Shown here: positions 41,216 to 46,133 of the stretch, piece after piece | Layout of the letters: the number at the start of each line of letters is the position of its first letter | Numbering within the stretch: position 1 is the first letter of the stretch | DNA from: Polyangiaceae bacterium | GTDB lineage: Bacteria > Myxococcota_A > Polyangia > Polyangiales > Polyangiaceae | NCBI GenBank assembly: GCA_035063585.1 | Contig: JAPSGB010000037.1 | Location: 1-46,133 of the forward strand | DNA: 46,133 bases | Direction: 5' to 3' | Notes under the pieces: model-generated | Told to the model about the DNA's origin: nothing | Databases searched by the model: none | What the model saw: only the letters and a program-made list of their open reading frames with translations | Position numbers and translations under genes: made by a program

Positions 41216-42498
41216 CGCGGCTCCGCTCCGCCCGCCCGGTCCTCGCGCTCGCGGCGTGCGCCTTCATGGCGCTCGCCGCGGGCTGCCGGAAGCCGCCGCC
41301 GCACGAGAACATGCTCACCCAGAAGACGCCGCCGAGCGGCGGCGGCTCGCCGGTGGTCGACGCCGGTCCGATCCCGAAGTGGGACGGAGGTGCGGAGGTC
41401 GACGCCGGACCGTTCAGCGAGAAGGCGCTGCTCACCGAGTTCGCGAGCTGCGCGCTCGGCCGCTACCGCGCCTTTCTTCCGCTCGCCACCCAGCTGCGCG
41501 ACGCGGCGGCAGAGTGGTCCGCCGCGCGCTCGACCGAGAACGAGCAGGCCACGCGCGAGGCGTGGCGCTCGGCGATGGAGGTGTGGGAAGAAGCCGAGCT
41601 CTTCCAATACGGCCCGGCCGCCGTCTCGTCGCTGCCGGGCGGTCGCGATCTGAGAAATCAAATCTACGCCTGGCCGGTCTTCAACCGATGCAAGGTCGAC
41701 GAGCAGCTCGTCGCGCGGACCTACGCGGGCGCAGCCTTCTCGACCTCGCTCATCAACGCGCGCGGGCTCGGCGCGGTCGAGTACCTGGTATTTTACACGG
41801 GCACCGACAACGCCTGCTCGGAGTTCTCGACGATCAACGGGCGTGGCACCTGGGCGGCGCTCTCGCCGGACGCGCTCATCGAGCGCAAGGCCGCCTACGC
41901 CGCCGCCGCCGCTGCCGACGTGCTCGCGCGCACCGAGAGCCTCATCTCCGCCTGGGAGCCTGCCGGAGGCAATTTCACCGCCGAGCTCGTGAATGCCGGC
42001 GCCGGTTCGAAGACGTTCGCGGCGCGCCTCGACGCGCTCGACGCGGTGAGCGGAGCGCTCTTCTACGTCGACAAGGTGGTGAAGGACGCCAAGCTCGGCA
42101 AGCCGCTCGGATACCTCGAGTGCGAGAAGGCGACCTGTCCCGACGCGGTCGAGTCGCTCTACGCGCGCCGCTCGGTCGAGCACCTTCGCGCGAACCTGAT
42201 CGGGTTCCGCCGACTCTTCCAGGGCTGCGGCGAGGACTACGCCGGGCTGGGCTTCGACGACTGGCTCCGGGCGGCAGGCGCGACGCGCCTCGCCGACGAC
42301 ATGATGGGCGCGCTGGTGGCCACTCAAGGCGCGGTCGACGCGCTCGCCGCGCCGATCGACAAGGCCCTGTCGGACGACCCGACCGCGGTCGCGCTCGTGC
42401 ACGCTCGCTTGAAGATGCTCACCGATCTTCTGAAGACGGAGTTCGTGACGGTGCTCCACCTCCAGCTTCCGAAGGGCTCGGAGGGCGACAATGATTGA
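41212..42498 (+). CDS. Imelysin-like (peptidase M75 family) lipoprotein
   Basis: Lipobox LAAGC; REAWRSAMEVWEEAELFQYGP, IYAWP, RGLGAVEYL, KLGKPLG, ESLYARRS, GLGFDDWL, terminal EGDND. Confidence 0.82.
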   Translation: MTRLRSARPVLALAACAFMALAAGCRKPPPHENMLTQKTPPSGGGSPVVDAGPIPKWDGGAEVDAGPFSEKALLTEFASCALGRYRAFLPLATQLRDAAAEWSAARSTENEQATREAWRSAMEVWEEAELFQYGPAAVSSLPGGRDLRNQIYAWPVFNRCKVDEQLVARTYAGAAFSTSLINARGLGAVEYLVFYTGTDNACSEFSTINGRGTWAALSPDALIERKAAYAAAAAADVLARTESLISAWEPAGGNFTAELVNAGAGSKTFAARLDALDAVSGALFYVDKVVKDAKLGKPLGYLECEKATCPDAVESLYARRSVEHLRANLIGFRRLFQGCGEDYAGLGFDDWLRAAGATRLADDMMGALVATQGAVDALAAPIDKALSDDPTAVALVHARLKMLTDLLKTEFVTVLHLQLPKGSEGDND

Positions 42499-43498
42499 CG
42501 CCGGGGAGCTCTTCGCGCGCGCGTGGTCGGGCATGGCGAACGCGCTCACGGCGCTCCTGCTCCCGGAGAAGCGTATCTACTGGCCGCATCTGCTCGGCGC
42601 CGCGGGGCTCGCGACCTACGTGTGGGCGCGTCACGTGCGCGGTCGCCGCTCGCTCTTCGGCTACCTCTTCGCGAAGGAGGTGTGGTGGCATCGCTCGGCG
42701 CGCGAAGACTACGGGCTCATCCTGGCGCGCGCGGTGCTGGGCGCGCTGGTCGCTGCGCCGGTGGTGCTCGCCATCGTACCGGCCGCAGCGCGGCTGTCCG
42801 TGTGGCTCGGCGTCACCCTCGGGCCCTCGCCGCTGCCGGCGCTCGGTCGCACCGAGGTCGCCATGGCCTTCACCGTGGCCTCGTTCGTCGCCGACGATTT
42901 CACGCGCTTTCTCCTACACTACCTCGCGCATCGCATCCCGTTCCTCTGGGAGCTTCACAAGGTGCACCACTCGGCGGAGGTGATGACCCCGTTCACCGTC
43001 CACCGGGTTCACCCCATCGAAGCGTGGCTCAACGGCGTGCGCGGCAGCGTCACTACCGCCGGTATCGCAGGGCTCTTTGCTTGGGGGTTCCCGGGCCGAA
43101 TCACCGGGTTCGAGATCCTCGGGGTGGCCGCGCTCGGCTTCGTCTGGTCGCTCTTCGGTTCGAACCTGCGCCACTCCCAGGTGTGGTTGTCTTACGGCCG
43201 AGTGCTCGAGCACGTCTTCATCAGCCCGGCCCAGCACCAGATTCACCACAGCCGCGAGCAGCGCCACTACGATCGCAACTTCGGCTCGGCGTTCGCGGTG
43301 TGGGACTGGATGTTCGGGACGCTCTACGTCCCGGTGACCCGCGAGCGGCTGTCCTTCGGGCTCCCGGCGGCGGTCCGTAACCACGCGCCGGGGGTGGTCG
43401 CGATGCTGATCGAGCCGGTGTTCGCCGCGCTCCGCCACCTGCTCCCGCGCCGGCGGGCCCGCGCCGGGCTCGGCTCATCCACCGCGAGCCGAGCGTAA
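42491..43498 (+). CDS. Sterol desaturase / fatty acid hydroxylase family membrane di-iron enzyme
   Basis: HYLAH, LWELHKVHHS, RVHP, NLRHS, SPAQHQIHHS, NFG...WDWMFGT. Confidence 0.88.
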   Translation: MIDAGELFARAWSGMANALTALLLPEKRIYWPHLLGAAGLATYVWARHVRGRRSLFGYLFAKEVWWHRSAREDYGLILARAVLGALVAAPVVLAIVPAAARLSVWLGVTLGPSPLPALGRTEVAMAFTVASFVADDFTRFLLHYLAHRIPFLWELHKVHHSAEVMTPFTVHRVHPIEAWLNGVRGSVTTAGIAGLFAWGFPGRITGFEILGVAALGFVWSLFGSNLRHSQVWLSYGRVLEHVFISPAQHQIHHSREQRHYDRNFGSAFAVWDWMFGTLYVPVTRERLSFGLPAAVRNHAPGVVAMLIEPVFAALRHLLPRRRARAGLGSSTASRA

Positions 43499-43590
43499 GG
43501 GAGGGGGAGCGGTCCCTCGGCCAGGCCCTCCGGGAGGCGCGGCGGTGACCGGGAGGTTCGTCGGCTCGAGACTTCGGCTAAGCTGCGACG

Positions 43591-44874
43591 GTGCTGCGGT
43601 CGCGGTTCCTCGGGGTGGTTGCCGGCAGTTTGGGGGTGGTCGCTTGTGGCAGCTCGCTGCTCGGCGGTGGAAGCGACTCCCTGACGGCGCGGGCCCCGGA
43701 GGCGCCGGGAGGGCAGGCCAAGTGCAAGGTCGCAGCCAGCGCGGAGAACCCGCTCGTCACCGAGTGGCCCGCGCCGGAGAAGGCGAACCTCGAGGCGCGC
43801 CTGCGCGAGGGCGGCGTCATGGTGAGCTACGCCGGCTGCGAGATGAAGCTCCTGCCGCAGTGCCGCGTGCGCGGCAGCTACGGCTGGCGGCGCACGACCA
43901 CGACGACCGATTTGGTCGAGATCCGCGATGCGGACGAGCTCTACGCGAAGCTCCCGCTCGGTGCGGTCGCGCTGGAGGGAGAGCTCGCGCGCAGCGGCCG
44001 GCTCGCGGTGCAGACCACCGTCGCGGGGCAGCTCGAGCTACGCGGCTGGGATCGGCAGGTCCCCGAGGACCCCGCCTGCGCGGGCGCGACCCACGTGGTG
44101 GGCGCGCTGTCCGTCGGCGCGTTCAAGCTGCGCGCCGGTGGCAGCATCGCCGCGCAAGGAGGCGTCGGGTTCGCCGGGCTCGGCACCACCGGCGGCGGCA
44201 CGCAGAGCTCGGAGACCGTGCTGCGCGAGGCCGGGTCGCCGGACGCCTGCCAGCAATCTACCGACGAGAACGCCGCCCCCGAGTGCCGCTCGCCGATCCA
44301 GGTGTTCCTCTGGCCGCTGCCGAAGGAGCTGGCCGACCGCGGCGCGCCCGGGACGGTGAAGGTGACCTTCCTCTCGGGCAACCCGGAGCACGAGTACGAC
44401 GTCGCCATCAATGATCGGACGCTGTGCTCCACCCCATGCGCGCGCTGGGTGGATCCGGCCGTGCCCTTTACGTTCGTGCACGAGACGGCCTGGTACGAGC
44501 GCAACGAGCGCATCGTGATGCCGGACCTACGCGAGCACCAGACGAAGGGCAACAAGCTCGACGCGCGCGCCTTCCCGACCAAGACCGGCAAGCTCGCGGG
44601 CGGCATCGTGATGACGACCTTCGGCGGTATCGGCGTCCTCGCTGGCGTCTCGCTGACCGCGGTCGGCGCCGCGAGAGAGGACGGCGGCGGCCTGCTCGCC
44701 GCGGGGCTGATTACGCTCCCCATCGGGATGGGCCTCACCGCGCCGGGCATCCTGATGATCGTGAACAGCGCGTCGCGCGTCGAGATCGAGCCAGCCAACC
44801 CCGGCGCGCCGCCGAGGTTGCCGGTGGAGGCGCGCGCGCGGGACTTGCAGGTCGGCGTGGGCGGGGCGTTCTAG
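43591..44874 (+). CDS. Hypothetical Cys-containing lipoprotein with C-terminal TM segments
   Basis: Lipobox VVAC, GC3 bias, CSTPC PEGA-like motif, two hydrophobic helices near the C-terminus. Confidence 0.65.
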   Translation: MLRSRFLGVVAGSLGVVACGSSLLGGGSDSLTARAPEAPGGQAKCKVAASAENPLVTEWPAPEKANLEARLREGGVMVSYAGCEMKLLPQCRVRGSYGWRRTTTTTDLVEIRDADELYAKLPLGAVALEGELARSGRLAVQTTVAGQLELRGWDRQVPEDPACAGATHVVGALSVGAFKLRAGGSIAAQGGVGFAGLGTTGGGTQSSETVLREAGSPDACQQSTDENAAPECRSPIQVFLWPLPKELADRGAPGTVKVTFLSGNPEHEYDVAINDRTLCSTPCARWVDPAVPFTFVHETAWYERNERIVMPDLREHQTKGNKLDARAFPTKTGKLAGGIVMTTFGGIGVLAGVSLTAVGAAREDGGGLLAAGLITLPIGMGLTAPGILMIVNSASRVEIEPANPGAPPRLPVEARARDLQVGVGGAF

Positions 44875-44975
44875 ACCGCGGTCCCGGCTCCTCGGATTCG
44901 AGGCGCGTTTCCGCTCATGCGCGCTCGCTGAGCTCGAGCGGAGCGACGATGGAGCGCCCGGTGTATGCTCCCGGA

Positions 44976-45605
44976 ATGCAGGAACGCGGCTTGGGGAGCA
45001 GTTCGGAGCGCCTCTGGGCGCTGATTGGAAAGCGCACGGAGAGCGGGGCGGACACCGCGGCGATCGATCGGCGCATTCGCGAGCTGTTCGGCGAGGAGTG
45101 GGCGGTGATGTTCACGGATCTCGCCGGCTTCTCCCGCCGCGTGGAAGAGTTCGGGATCATCCATTTCCTGCAGGTCATCTACGAGCACAAGAAGCTGCTC
45201 TTCCCGCTCATCGAGGCGCACGACGGGGTGCTCGTCAAGGCCGAGGGCGACAGCTTGCTGCTGCTCTTCCGGACGATGCGCTCGGCGCTCGACTGCGCCG
45301 TCGCCATGCAGCGCGCGTGCAAGAACGTCAGCGCGCGACGAAAGCCCGAGGAACAGATCCTCCTGTGCGTCGGCATCGGGTTCGGTGAGCTGCTCCGCAT
45401 CGGTGACGAGGACGTCTGGGGGCGAGAGCTCAACGCCGCCAGCAAGCTCGGCGAGGACCTGGCGGGCGCGGGCGAGATTCTGTTGACGGGCGCCGCGCGG
45501 GAACGCCTCGCCGACGAGACCACTACCGAGTACTCGTTCGAGCGGCTCGACGACGAGGTCCCGGGCTCCCCCGAGAATTTCATGGTGGTGTACGGGGCGT
45601 CGTGA
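44976..45605 (+). CDS. Stand-alone class III adenylate/guanylate cyclase domain protein
   Basis: VMFTDLAGFS, VKAEGDSL, VGIGFG, DVWGRELNAASKL; ATG 44976 (44949 alternative). Confidence 0.85.
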   Translation: MQERGLGSSSERLWALIGKRTESGADTAAIDRRIRELFGEEWAVMFTDLAGFSRRVEEFGIIHFLQVIYEHKKLLFPLIEAHDGVLVKAEGDSLLLLFRTMRSALDCAVAMQRACKNVSARRKPEEQILLCVGIGFGELLRIGDEDVWGRELNAASKLGEDLAGAGEILLTGAARERLADETTTEYSFERLDDEVPGSPENFMVVYGAS

Positions 45606-45693
45606 GCGCACACCCCGGCGAGACGCGGCGTGCGGAGGGCAGGCGCCGTCGGCGTACGCGACGAGCGCGGGTGCGGCGCCCGCGTCGCGCGGC

Positions 45694-46133
45694 TCACATG
45701 TGGCAGAGGCCCCACTTCGAGAGGCCGATGTTCATGCATGAGTCGCACGGGAACGGATCGCTCAGCGAGCAGATCCACCAGCACGAGCCCTCGTAGCACT
45801 GCTCGTGCTCGTTGCAGTCGTAGTTGGTAGCGCACGAGCCGCCGAGGAGCGGGGTGCCGCCCGTCGGCTCGCAGCGCCCGCCGCTGCCGGCGATGCGGCA
45901 CGCGCCCGAGCCCGAGCAGCTCGAGTTCCCGAAGCCAGGCGTGCAGGCCGCACCACTCGACGCGGGCGCGCACAAACCCGGCGCGCCGCTCACCTCGGCG
46001 CACCCGCCGCCCGCGGCGCCGCCGCTGCCCGACGCGCCGCCGCTGCCCGACGCGCCGCCGCTGCCCGACGCGCCGCCGCTGCCCGACGAGCCCCCGAGGC
46101 CCGCCGCGCCGCCGCTCCCCGGCGCGCCGCCGG
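45694..46133 (-). CDS. Partial (5' end outside the window) Gly/Ser-linker, Cys-rich exported-type protein
   Basis: Frame is open to the window edge; 18-bp repeat x4 (~46018-46089) encodes ASGSGG; Cys-rich C-terminal domain. Confidence 0.65.
   Translation of the reverse strand, partial: GGAPGSGGAAGLGGSSGSGGASGSGGASGSGGASGSGGAAGGGCAEVSGAPGLCAPASSGAACTPGFGNSSCSGSGACRIAGSGGRCEPTGGTPLLGGSCATNYDCNEHEQCYEGSCWWICSLSDPFPCDSCMNIGLSKWGLCHM

Noticed and set aside
44424..45605. Pycsar/CBASS-like defence cyclase, or the long 393-aa version of the ORF
   Set aside because: No adjacent cNMP-binding, TIR or similar effector is recognisable; the extension overlaps the upstream gene

Overview
Very GC-rich bacterial chromosomal window with about 37 CDS. 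The gene set (Cys/Gly-rich vWA lipoproteins, a zinc-ribbon/GYF_2 AgmX-like protein, a Pro-rich Hsp70 paralog, a LonD-like protease and several sigma-54 motifs) points to Myxococcota, probably Polyangiaceae-like (inference). No tRNA, rRNA, CRISPR array or transposase is visible. In order: a repeat-rich non-coding start (17-bp and 84-bp hairpin arrays); an NAD-dependent sugar epimerase with an 8x12-aa insertion; polysaccharide deacetylase, thiG, two vWA lipoproteins, an MFS transporter, VanZ and thiE/tenI; bcp; a USP; DUF4159 and vWA/GATase-like genes; an inositol/CDP-alcohol cluster; a HEAT-repeat protein; deoC with a split ALDH16-like pair; fmt, an HExxH protein, Hsp70 and a J-domain gene divergent from lon; a Fur-boxed operon of TonB receptor, propeller lipoprotein, imelysin and desaturase-like genes; and a stand-alone class III cyclase. 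The best candidate for an undescribed system is 16142-21782: myo-inositol-1-phosphate synthase, a LicC-like cytidylyltransferase, an unusual fusion of an inositol-phosphate cytidylyltransferase with a HisC-like PLP enzyme, and a CDP-alcohol phosphotransferase, with sigma-54 motifs on both arms. This suggests a headgroup-activated pathway for an inositol/amino-alcohol lipid or solute. All calls come from motifs read by eye; no database searches were run.
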